Positions 1 to 7,737 of a stretch of 53,249 nucleotides of DNA are shown in pieces; the first letter of the stretch is position 1, and every line of letters starts with the position of its first letter. The stretch spans positions 1-53,249 of the forward strand of contig VBKW01000143.1 of NCBI GenBank assembly GCA_005879405.1, written 5' to 3'. Source of the DNA: Deltaproteobacteria bacterium (GTDB taxonomy: Bacteria > Desulfobacterota > Binatia > UTPRO1). The notes beneath the pieces are model-generated. The model was not told the DNA's origin, did not search any database, and worked only from the letters and a program-made list of their open reading frames with translations. A program made the position numbers and the translations under genes.

Positions 1-612
1 GAGCGGACGGGCGAGCCCGGCGTCGCGACCGGCCTCGCCTACACGCCGAACGGCGGCGACATCCTCTTCATCGAATCGACGAAGATGAGCGGCAAGAAGG
101 GTCTGACGCTCACCGGCCATCTCGGCGAGGTCATGAAGGAGTCAGCGCAGGCGGCGCTCAGCTACGTCCGCACCCGCGCCGAGCGCCTCGGCATCGCCCC
201 CGACTTCTTCGAGAACTGCGACATCCACATCCACGTCCCCGCGGGCGCGATCCCGAAGGATGGCCCGTCGGCGGGCGTCACGATCGCTGCCTCGCTCGCG
301 TCGCTCCTCACCGGCCGCCCCGTGAAGCACAACCTGGCGATGACCGGCGAGATCACGCTCCGCGGCAAGGTGATGCCGGTCGGCGGCGTCAAGGAGAAGG
401 TACTCGCCGCGAAGCGCGCCGGCATCGACACCGTCGTGCTGCCGAAGCTCAACGAGAAGGATCTCGAGGACGTGCCGCCGAAGGTGCGCGAGGAGATGAC
501 GTTCGAGTTCGTCGACACGATCGACGAGGTGCTGGAGCGCGCGCTCGAGCCCGCAGCGGAGCCCATGGAGCGCGGCGGCGAGCCGCGCCCCAAGCGCGCC
601 GCGGTCGTCTGA
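1..612 (+). CDS. lon: Lon protease, C-terminal part (5' end outside window)
   Basis: Frame 1 is open from base 1 ([25 protein letters not shown]...) into track ORF 85..612. Proteolytic-domain signatures [10 protein letters not shown] (catalytic Ser) and [14 protein letters not shown] (catalytic Lys). Confidence 0.9.
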   Translation, partial: ERTGEPGVATGLAYTPNGGDILFIESTKMSGKKGLTLTGHLGEVMKESAQAALSYVRTRAERLGIAPDFFENCDIHIHVPAGAIPKDGPSAGVTIAASLASLLTGRPVKHNLAMTGEITLRGKVMPVGGVKEKVLAAKRAGIDTVVLPKLNEKDLEDVPPKVREEMTFEFVDTIDEVLERALEPAAEPMERGGEPRPKRAAVV

Positions 613-690
613 GCGCGGCGCGCGGCCGAGCACCCGTCGCCCTCGATTCTTTCTCGCCGACTGCCGATACTCCCCGCGAGCGATCGACGT

Positions 691-2145
691 ATGGCGGCGG
701 CCCCTCGCATCCTCATGGCGGCGTCGGAAATGACGCCGTACGCACAGACCGGCGGTCTGGGCGACGTCCTCGCGGCACTTCCTGCGGCGCTCGCCGAGCT
801 CGGCGCCGCGGTGCACGTGGTGCTGCCGGCGTACGGTACGATCGATGTGAATGCCGCCGCGGCGGTGCTGAGCAGCAGCGTCGAGGTGCGAGTCGGCGGG
901 ACCCGTCGCGAGGTCGGGCTCCGCACGGCGCGGGCGGGTGCGGTTTCCGTGTCCTTCGTCGAGGCCGACGAGTACTTCGGCCGTGACCATCTCTACGGCG
1001 GTCCATACGGCGACTACCCCGACAATGCCGAGCGCTTCGCGTTCTTCTCGCGCGCCGTGCTGGCGCTCGCGGCGCGGCTCGAGCCCGCGCCAGACATCGT
1101 GCACTGCCACGATTGGCAGGCGGCGCTCGTCCCCGTCTATGCGCGCGCGTTTCCTGATCCACGTCTCGCCGCGGTGCGGACGGTCCTCACGATCCACAAT
1201 CTCGGCTATCAGGGGATCTTTCCGGCGGCGGTGTGGCCGCTCCTCGACCTCGACTGGAGCTACTTCACGCCGCGGACGCTCGAGTTCTACGGCCAAGCGA
1301 ATCTCCTGAAGGGCGGCATCGTCTTCGCCGACGCGCTGACGACGGTGAGCCGGCGGTACGCCGAGGAGATCCTCACCCCCGAATACGGCAACGGGCTCGA
1401 CGGCGTCCTGCGCGAGCGCCATGAGGCGCTGCACGGGATTCTGAACGGCGTCGACTACACGAGCTGGGATCCGGCGCGCGACCCGTACATCACGGCGCGG
1501 TACGATCGCGACGATCTCGGCGGCAAGGCGCGTTGCAAGGCGGATCTGCAAGCGCGCTTCGGTCTCGACGTCGCACCGCAGATCCCGCTCTTCGGCATGG
1601 TGACGCGCCTCGCCGATCAGAAGGGCCTCGACCTCGTCATGGCCGCGCTCCCCGACCTGCTCCGCGACGACGCTCAGCTGGCGATCCTCGGCAACGGCGA
1701 CGCGCGCTACGAGCACGAGCTGTCGATCGAGGGACGGCGCGCGCCCGGACGCCTCGCCGTCCATATCGCGTACGACCCGGCGCTCGCGCACCAGGTCGAG
1801 GCCGGCGCCGACGCTTTCTTGATGCCGTCGCGCTACGAGCCGTGCGGCCTGAACCAGATGTACAGCTTGCGCTACGGGACGGTTCCCGTGGTGCGCGCGA
1901 CGGGCGGGCTCGACGACACCGTTGCCGAGTTCGACGCCGCGAGCGGGCGCGGGACCGGCTTCAAGTTCGGGCCGTACACTGCGGAGGCGCTGCTCGGCGC
2001 CGTCGCGCGGGCCGTCGACGTGTACCGCCGTCCGGATGACTGGCGCCGACTCGTTCGAAACGGCATGGCATGCGACTTTGCGTGGCGTGACGCCGCCGAG
2101 CGCTACCTCGCGCTCTACCGCTTGCTCATCGCATCGCGCACCTGA
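691..2145 (+). CDS. glgA: Glycogen (starch) synthase
   Basis: 484-aa ORF with N-terminal ILMAASEMTPYAQTGGLGDV (KTGGL-type motif) and typical GlgA blocks (VHCHDWQAAL, TIHNLGYQG, MPSRYEPCGLNQMY). Confidence 0.9.
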   Translation: MAAAPRILMAASEMTPYAQTGGLGDVLAALPAALAELGAAVHVVLPAYGTIDVNAAAAVLSSSVEVRVGGTRREVGLRTARAGAVSVSFVEADEYFGRDHLYGGPYGDYPDNAERFAFFSRAVLALAARLEPAPDIVHCHDWQAALVPVYARAFPDPRLAAVRTVLTIHNLGYQGIFPAAVWPLLDLDWSYFTPRTLEFYGQANLLKGGIVFADALTTVSRRYAEEILTPEYGNGLDGVLRERHEALHGILNGVDYTSWDPARDPYITARYDRDDLGGKARCKADLQARFGLDVAPQIPLFGMVTRLADQKGLDLVMAALPDLLRDDAQLAILGNGDARYEHELSIEGRRAPGRLAVHIAYDPALAHQVEAGADAFLMPSRYEPCGLNQMYSLRYGTVPVVRATGGLDDTVAEFDAASGRGTGFKFGPYTAEALLGAVARAVDVYRRPDDWRRLVRNGMACDFAWRDAAERYLALYRLLIASRT

Positions 2146-2243
2146 CGACCCGCGTCTCCCGTCCGGAGGCTGAAGCTTGCCGACGTCGCCGCATCGATCC
2201 GTTGCGGCGCCGGCGTCATCCCCGTCGCGCGGCAGATCTCGCC

Positions 2244-2258
2244 CGGCAGAGTTTGCCG
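2244..2258. promoter_or_regulatory. Palindrome CGGCAgagttTGCCG, candidate enhancer (UAS) for a sigma-54 activator
   Basis: Perfect CGGCA-N5-TGCCG inverted repeat 50 nt upstream of the sigma-54 promoter at 2309. The same palindrome is at 15489 and 37802. Confidence 0.5.
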
Positions 2259-2308
2259 CCGGTCGCGACCGGCACCAAGCGCGCGCCGACGGAACGCGGC
2301 GTTGCGGC

Positions 2309-2324
2309 CGGCACCCTGCTTGCT
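2309..2324 (+). promoter_or_regulatory. Sigma-54 (-24/-12) promoter
   Basis: CGGCACCCTGCTTGCT versus consensus TGGCAC-N5-TTGCW, with exact GG-N10-GC spacing. Lies 28 nt upstream of ATG 2353. Confidence 0.6.
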
Positions 2325-2352
2325 CCTCCGCGGATGCGGAGGAGACCGTCTC

Positions 2353-3300
2353 ATGCGCATCGATCCCCAGCGCGATACGATTCCCGCAGTGCGGCCGTCA
2401 TCGACCGGCGGCTCGTCGACCGGCTTCGCGAGCGCGCTCGCCAGCGTGCGCAGCGCGACCGACCCGAGCCTGCCCGCAGCGGCGGACCGTGGGCAGGTAG
2501 GAAAGGTACCGATCGCGCAGCAATGGGGTCAGTACGGCAAGGGCGCCGGCCCGGAAGGGTACGGTGCGCCGCCGGATCCGGCGCAATTCGCCGACGTGCC
2601 GATCGGTCCCCATGAGCCTGCGAGCCCGCTCAACCCGAGCGGCGTCACGACCACGCCCGGATTCACCGTCGACGGCTATACCGCGCGCGGGACGCCCATC
2701 CCGCCGGGCTTCTACAACCTCGCCTATTACAACTGGTACCTGCGCGAAGGCGGGACGCCGCTCGAAGGGTTCCCGCAGCTCGCCGACGGCGCGACGATTA
2801 CCGAGACGTACGGCAAGTTCGGTGACGGCGCGACGCGCGCCACGAGCTTCATCACCGCGCCGGCCGACACCACCGACCCCAGCGGCATGATGAGCGGCAC
2901 GGGTGGAGATCCCATCGCAGCCACGGGCGCCACGCCGCCGGCATTCGCGAACGTCGCTGACGCGTTGACGAACGCGCTCGACGTCGCGCGGACGGGCGCC
3001 GCCGGCTCTGCCGGTGCCGCCGTCTCGGCATCGCCGGACGAACCCGCTCCCTCTGCGACGACGGCGACGGCCGCGACGACCGCGACGATGGCGACCGCGA
3101 GCGCTCAGCGCGTCGTGGCGACGCCGTCGCGACCCGCCGCGTCCGAAATGACGTCGCGCGCCGGAAGCGGTGCGGGGCCGGCAACCGATCAGTCCGCCGC
3201 GGCGACGGTCGCGAGCGGCAGCGTCGCGTCGACGAACGACGTCGAGGCGGCGCTTCGCGCCGAGCTGACGACGCTGGTGCGCGATCTCATGCGCGCCTAG
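2353..3300 (+). CDS. Hypothetical protein (315 aa): disordered N-terminus, aromatic-rich core, Ala/Thr/Ser-rich tail
   Basis: ATG 2353 lies 8 nt after GGAGGAG. Strong GC3 bias in this frame. No signal peptide or TM seen and no family recognised. The TTG at 2302 (track start) would overlap the promoter. Confidence 0.6.
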   Translation: MRIDPQRDTIPAVRPSSTGGSSTGFASALASVRSATDPSLPAAADRGQVGKVPIAQQWGQYGKGAGPEGYGAPPDPAQFADVPIGPHEPASPLNPSGVTTTPGFTVDGYTARGTPIPPGFYNLAYYNWYLREGGTPLEGFPQLADGATITETYGKFGDGATRATSFITAPADTTDPSGMMSGTGGDPIAATGATPPAFANVADALTNALDVARTGAAGSAGAAVSASPDEPAPSATTATAATTATMATASAQRVVATPSRPAASEMTSRAGSGAGPATDQSAAATVASGSVASTNDVEAALRAELTTLVRDLMRA

Positions 3301-3325
3301 CGCCGCTCGGCAACGACGCCGTCTC
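3297..3325. repeat. 29-bp direct repeat, copy 1 (ctagcgccgctcggcaacgacgccgtctc)
   Basis: Identical to 3384..3412. Overlaps the TAG stop of the 2353..3300 ORF. The two copies flank a 58-bp lower-GC spacer. Confidence 0.9.
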
Positions 3326-3383
3326 CCTTGGCAGGGCTGAAAATCCCTCGCAGACTTATGCAACGAATTTCCGGGACGGGACA

Positions 3384-3412
3384 CTAGCGCCGCTCGGCAA
3401 CGACGCCGTCTC
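3384..3412. repeat. 29-bp direct repeat, copy 2 (3' end of gph)
   Basis: Identical to 3297..3325. Encodes the last residues (..GVVAERR*) and the stop of the - strand HAD gene. Confidence 0.9.
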
Positions 3413-4055
3413 GGCAGACGCCGAGGAGCTCCTCGGGTACGGCGATCAGAACGTCGGCGGCGCTGTCGCGCACGGACGGACCGCTGAATCCCCACAATAC
3501 ACCGCAGGTCGCGACGCCGGCGTTGCGGCCGGTCGTGACGTCGATCGCCGAGTCGCCGACCATGAGCGTCCGCGCGGCGGGCACCGCCACGTCCTCGACG
3601 AGCCGCAGGAGACCGCTCGGGTCCGGCTTCTTCGCTCCCAGCGAGTCGCCGCCGACGATGCGCGGGAAGCGCGCCGCCAAGCCGAGGCCGTGGACGATGG
3701 CGCGGCTCATGTCCTCGGGCTTGTTCGTCAGCACCGAGAAGACCGTCCCCTCCTCTGCGAGGCTCTCCAAGACCGGCACGAGGCCCGGGTAGAGCGCGCT
3801 GCGATCGAGCAGGTGCGCGCGATACCACGGCATGAAGATCGCGACCGCCGGCTCCAGCAAATGCGCGTGCTCCGCTCCGAGCGCGCGCTCGAGCAGCACT
3901 CGCGCGCCGTGTCCGACGTAGCCCCAGAGCGTTCGCCGATCCTGCGGCGGAAGACCGAGCGCCCGCAGCGTCACGTTCACCGCGTCGGCGAGATCGTCCT
4001 TGGTGTCGACGAGCGTCCCGTCGAGATCGAAGACGACGTGGGTGAACGCGTTCAC
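3384..4055 (-). CDS. gph: HAD-superfamily hydrolase, phosphoglycolate phosphatase-like
   Basis: HAD motif I VVFDLDGTLVDT, motif II SVLTNKP, motif III/IV KKPDP...MVGDSAIDV. 223 aa. Confidence 0.75.
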   Translation of the reverse strand: MNAFTHVVFDLDGTLVDTKDDLADAVNVTLRALGLPPQDRRTLWGYVGHGARVLLERALGAEHAHLLEPAVAIFMPWYRAHLLDRSALYPGLVPVLESLAEEGTVFSVLTNKPEDMSRAIVHGLGLAARFPRIVGGDSLGAKKPDPSGLLRLVEDVAVPAARTLMVGDSAIDVTTGRNAGVATCGVLWGFSGPSVRDSAADVLIAVPEELLGVCRDGVVAERR

Positions 4056-4136
4056 GCCGCGCCGCGGGCGCCGTGAGGTCGCGACGGCGCCGCAGGCCTG
4101 TGCCGCGGCGTCACCGCGCCGGCGGCCGCGCGCTGC

Positions 4137-4460
4137 TCACGCCGAGAACGACGACCCGCACCCGCACGTCCGCTCCGCCTTCGGGTTCACGAACTTGAAC
4201 CCCGATCCGTGCAGCCCCGACACGAAATCGAGCGTCGTCCCGGCGAGATATTCGAGCGACGCCGCATCGACGAGTACCCGAACCCCATCGACCTCGACGA
4301 CCCGATCGTCCGCCTTCTGCTCCTTGTCGAAGCTCATCGTGTACGAGAACCCCGAACACCCCCCGCCGACGACGCCGACGCGCAGCGCGTACTCCGCCCC
4401 GCGGTTCTCACGCTGCATGGCCGTCTTCACCATCTCGACAGCTCTGTCGGTAAGGGTCAT
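4137..4460 (-). CDS. erpA: Fe-S cluster insertion protein (IscA/ErpA/HesB family)
   Basis: Contains GGGCSGFSY and C-terminal NPKAERTCGCGSSFSA. ATG 4460 is preceded by GAGGAG. The track ORF extends further upstream (4619), but that part looks non-native. Confidence 0.85.
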   Translation of the reverse strand: MTLTDRAVEMVKTAMQRENRGAEYALRVGVVGGGCSGFSYTMSFDKEQKADDRVVEVDGVRVLVDAASLEYLAGTTLDFVSGLHGSGFKFVNPKAERTCGCGSSFSA

Positions 4461-4659
4461 GACCGGCTCCTCGGCTGAGCTGGCGACGTCCGAAGCGACG
4501 TGTACGTCCATCACCACGACGGTAACGGGACCGGTACGAAGAGTCAATCGCGTGTGACGCCGCCGCACGGCGGATGGGCGGCGACGTCTCCGCTCGTCCG
4601 CCGTGCGGCGAGATCGCAATCGTACGAACGGTTCCGAACGGGCCGCGGCCGCGCCGCCG

Positions 4660-5841
4660 TCAAGACGGCAGCCGTAGGTCCTCGGACGTCTCCACGCTCG
4701 GTGGCACGACGAGCGGGTTCAATGCCGCCCAATCCGGCTGTGTCGTCAGGACGTTCGCGACTTCGCGCTTGCGCTTCAGCTTCTCGAGGAGCGTCGTGCG
4801 ATTGAGGTTGAGGAGGCGCGCCGCCTCCTTCTTGTTGCCGCGGCTGATGTGGAGCGCGCGGGCGATGATGCGGTCCTCGATCGACGCCATCTCGCGATAG
4901 AAGTCGATGCCCTGCTGATCGAAGTCCCATGGCGGCGTCGTCCAGCCACCGGTCGCGCTCAGGCGTCCGCCTCCACGGAGCTGTGGCGGCAGATGCTCGG
5001 CGCGGATCACGCGCTCCGTGTCACCGAGCACGACGAGCTGCTCGAGCAAGTTCTTCAGCTCGCGCACGTTCCCCGGCCAGTGATACGCGGTCAGGATGCC
5101 GAGCGCGTCGTCGGTGATCTCGAAGCGCGGTAGACCCTTCGCGCTGTGCAGATGGCCGAGGAACCACTCGACGAGGAGCGGAATGTCCTCGCGACGCTCG
5201 CGTAAGGGCGGCATCTCGACGGGGACGACGCGCAGCCGATAGTACAGATCCTCACGGAACCGGCGGTCGGCGACCGCTTCCTCGAGGTTGCGATTGGTGG
5301 CAGCGACGATGCGCACGTCCACGCACTGCGTGGTGATGCCGCCGACGGGCTCGAACATGCCGTTCTCGAGCACGCGCAGCAGCTTGACCTGCAGCTTCGG
5401 GCTCATGTCGCCGATCTCGTCGAGGAAGATCGTGCCGCCGTCGGCGAGCCGAAAGCGCCCGACTCGTGAGCAGATCGCGCCGGTGAACGCGCCGCGCTCG
5501 TGGCCGAACATCTCGCTCTCGAGGAGATCCTCGGGGATCGCCCCGCAGTGCACCGGCACCAGCCGCTGCAACCGCCGGCGGCTGCGCTCATGGATCGCCT
5601 GCGCGACGAGCTCCTTGCCGGTCCCGCTCTCGCCGGTGACGAGCACGGTCGCGTTCGTGCCCGCGACCCGACGAACGATGTCGAACACCGCCTGCATGCT
5701 GCGGTGCCGGCCGATGATGCCGGCGAACCCCGGCCTCCCCGACTCCACTTCATCGACGGTTGCCGGCGTCGCCTCCGAAGCCGCCACCACCACCTCGTCC
5801 GTCGTCTCCGTTTCCGGACTCACGAACTCGAACGCTCTCAT
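4660..5841 (-). CDS. Sigma-54-dependent transcriptional activator without a receiver domain (AAA+ plus Fis-type HTH)
   Basis: Walker [15 protein letters not shown] loop (ERGAFTGA), Walker B IFLDEIG, and C-terminal [23 protein letters not shown]. Only about 45 aa precede the AAA+ core. Confidence 0.9.
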   Translation of the reverse strand: MRAFEFVSPETETTDEVVVAASEATPATVDEVESGRPGFAGIIGRHRSMQAVFDIVRRVAGTNATVLVTGESGTGKELVAQAIHERSRRRLQRLVPVHCGAIPEDLLESEMFGHERGAFTGAICSRVGRFRLADGGTIFLDEIGDMSPKLQVKLLRVLENGMFEPVGGITTQCVDVRIVAATNRNLEEAVADRRFREDLYYRLRVVPVEMPPLRERREDIPLLVEWFLGHLHSAKGLPRFEITDDALGILTAYHWPGNVRELKNLLEQLVVLGDTERVIRAEHLPPQLRGGGRLSATGGWTTPPWDFDQQGIDFYREMASIEDRIIARALHISRGNKKEAARLLNLNRTTLLEKLKRKREVANVLTTQPDWAALNPLVVPPSVETSEDLRLPS

Positions 5842-5882
5842 CGTCCCCTCCTTGGCCCCGTTGATGCGGCGTCGAGCGACTG

Positions 5883-5898
5883 AGCAAGCGAGGTGCCA
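5883..5898 (-). promoter_or_regulatory. Sigma-54 promoter of the receiver-less activator gene
   Basis: The - strand reads TGGCACCTCGCTTGCT, a perfect consensus. It lies 41 nt upstream of ATG 5841, with AAGGAGGGG as SD. Confidence 0.75.
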
Positions 5899-6036
5899 GA
5901 AACTTGAACAACTCCCATAGTCAGCGTCACACGCCGCGCGACATCGAATTGTCAGGTAAATTTCGTGACACGACGCCTCGCATGGGATCGCGACGCCGTC
6001 CGCGAATGTGCGCTTCCGTACATTCCTGTCGCGCGA

Positions 6037-6052
6037 CGGCCAAAAATTGGCG
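6037..6052. promoter_or_regulatory. Palindrome-like CGGCCAaaaaTTGGCG, candidate enhancer (class B)
   Basis: About 140 nt upstream of the sigma-54 promoter at 5883..5898. Related sites at 42785 and 53069. Confidence 0.35.
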
Positions 6053-6072
6053 ACCGCCGCGACGGCGCGAGT

Positions 6073-6573
6073 TTACGCCCGCGCCGCCACACGCGACGGA
6101 ACGACGAGGAAGTCCGGCGGGCAGTGCGGCAGGTCGAGCACGATCTGCCGCGCGCGGCGCGTCCGTAGATCGACGACGACCGGCGCCATCAGATTGACCG
6201 TCATCAGCGTCGGGTCTCTCGGAATGGTGACGATGACGAGCAGCGCGATGTCGTTCGGATCGGTCTCGAGGAGACGCGCCGCGGTCTCGAGCGGCGGCTC
6301 GTAGCCGGCGACGAGCTCGCACGGATTGGCGACCGCGAACGCCAGCTCCGGATCGTCGATCGCGAGCAGCCATTTGAAGGGCGACCCCGGCCGATGCTCC
6401 AGCACGACGTAGCGCCGCAGTTGCGGGAACCCGACCAGACCCTGCGGGATCTCGACGATGCTCGCGCGCGAGATCTCGAACGACCCGAACCGTCGCGACC
6501 GGACGTGCAACGTCGGCGAGGGATCGACCTCGCGCGACGCATGCGCGGCGGTGCACTCAGTCGTGCTTGGCAT
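6073..6573 (-). CDS. fliW: Flagellar assembly factor FliW
   Basis: Contains RFGSFEISRASIVEIPQGLVGFPQLRRYVVLEH..PFKWLLAIDDPELAFAVANP, typical of FliW, and is adjacent to csrA. Start uncertain: ATG 6573 overlaps csrA by 17 nt, and TTG 6510 is an alternative. Confidence 0.85.
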   Translation of the reverse strand: MPSTTECTAAHASREVDPSPTLHVRSRRFGSFEISRASIVEIPQGLVGFPQLRRYVVLEHRPGSPFKWLLAIDDPELAFAVANPCELVAGYEPPLETAARLLETDPNDIALLVIVTIPRDPTLMTVNLMAPVVVDLRTRRARQIVLDLPHCPPDFLVVPSRVAARA

Positions 6574-6805
6574 TGCCGACCTCCAGCCACAGCTCGGCGG
6601 CGTCGGCGAGACGGTCCTCGCCCGCGAGCCGAGCCTTTTGATTCTGCTCTTCGATCGCGCGAAAGATCTCCTCGCGAAAGATGCGCACGTCCGCCGGCGC
6701 GGTCAGGCCGAGTCGCACCTGGCCGCCGCGGATCGCGAGCACCTGCACCCGCACGTCGTCGCCGAGGCGAATGGTTTCACCGATCTTCCGTGTCAATACC
6801 AACAT
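6557..6805 (-). CDS. csrA: Carbon storage regulator CsrA (flagellar, FliW-partner type)
   Basis: N-terminus MLVLTRKIGETIRLGDDVRVQVLAIRGGQVRLGLTAPADVRIFREEI. AGGAGGG SD upstream of the ATG. Confidence 0.95.
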   Translation of the reverse strand: MLVLTRKIGETIRLGDDVRVQVLAIRGGQVRLGLTAPADVRIFREEIFRAIEEQNQKARLAGEDRLADAAELWLEVGNAKHD

Positions 6806-6843
6806 GCCGCCCTCCTGGCAGGCGTCATCGTCGAACGATCAGG

Positions 6844-7737
6844 TCACAGCTGCAGGAAGTCGAGGACGCTCGTTTGTAACTTGTTGCCGACCGCCAGCGC
6901 TGCTTGCAGCGCCGTCTGGAGCTGGACGAACCGGCTGATCGCGGCCGAGAGATCGACGTCCTCGATGCCGCTCACCAACGTCTGCGCGCCCGCGGTCAGG
7001 CTGTCGATCTGGTCGCTGCGATCCTGGAGCCGGGTCATCCGTCCGCCGATCGCCGCCCGCTCTTCGCCGATCCCCGCCGCGGCGCCGGCGAGCGCGTCGA
7101 TGCTCGTCGTCGGCGTTCCGCCGGCGGCGAGCGTCTGGCGCATGTCGTCGAGGGCGGTGATCGCGGCGCCGAACACGTGGTCGCCCGGCGTCGTCAACGT
7201 CACCGTCTGGCCGGAGCCGATCGGCAGGACGAAGGGATCCGTCGGGCCACTGTAGGCGGTCGCGGCGTCGAAGTTCGGATCGTCGAGATTCGCGAACGGC
7301 TGCTGGCCGCTCGCGAGACCGCCGAACACGTAGCGGCCGCCGACCGCGGTGTTCGCCAAGCTCAAGACGCTGCTCTCGATCTGCACCACCTCGGCGGATG
7401 CTTGCTGGCGCTGCTCAGGCGTGACGAGCCCGCTCGTCGTCTGCGCCGCGATCTCGCTCGCGCGCGTGAGCAGGCTTTCGACCTGCTGGAGCGCGCTGTC
7501 CTCCGCGCTCAGGACGGCGTTGCCGAGCCCGATGCCGTCCTTCGCCGCCGCGAGCGCGCGCACCTCGCCGTGCAGCCGGTTCGCCGCCGCCGTTCCCGCC
7601 GGGTCGTCACTCGGGTTCTGCAGCTTCTTTTGCGAGCTGACCTGCGCCTGGGCGTCTGCGATCTGTCGTTGCAGGCGGGCGACGCTCGTCGTCAGCTCGC
7701 GAAAGAGCGTGCTCTGTGTGACCCGGCCGAGGATCAT
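6844..7737 (-). CDS. flgL: Flagellar hook-associated protein 3 (FlgL)
   Basis: Flagellin-like N- and C-terminal helices (..QKKLQNPSDDPAG.., ..AAISRFVQLQTALQAALAVGNKL..). Follows flgK with a 4-nt overlap. Confidence 0.85.
   Translation of the reverse strand: MILGRVTQSTLFRELTTSVARLQRQIADAQAQVSSQKKLQNPSDDPAGTAAANRLHGEVRALAAAKDGIGLGNAVLSAEDSALQQVESLLTRASEIAAQTTSGLVTPEQRQQASAEVVQIESSVLSLANTAVGGRYVFGGLASGQQPFANLDDPNFDAATAYSGPTDPFVLPIGSGQTVTLTTPGDHVFGAAITALDDMRQTLAAGGTPTTSIDALAGAAAGIGEERAAIGGRMTRLQDRSDQIDSLTAGAQTLVSGIEDVDLSAAISRFVQLQTALQAALAVGNKLQTSVLDFLQL

Noticed and set aside
363-380. CGGCA-N6-TGCCG inside lon
   Set aside because: The spacing is N6 rather than N5. It lies in coding sequence (RGKVMPVGG) and no promoter is nearby.
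142-1791. 549-aa - strand ORF, and many similar long ORFs (e.g. 6904..8571, 7737..9608, 10876..12018, 26212..27882, 37744..40395, 40169..42682, 46801..48861)
   Set aside because: Their products are Arg/Ala/Gly/Pro-rich nonsense. They lie antisense to, or out of frame with, genes that have clear family motifs and strong GC3 bias. These are the expected stop-free alternative frames of very GC-rich DNA.
3331-3350. TGGCAG..., a possible sigma-54 -24 element in the 58-bp spacer
   Set aside because: No TTGC or GC element at the required spacing (TGGCAG-GGCTG-AAAAT).
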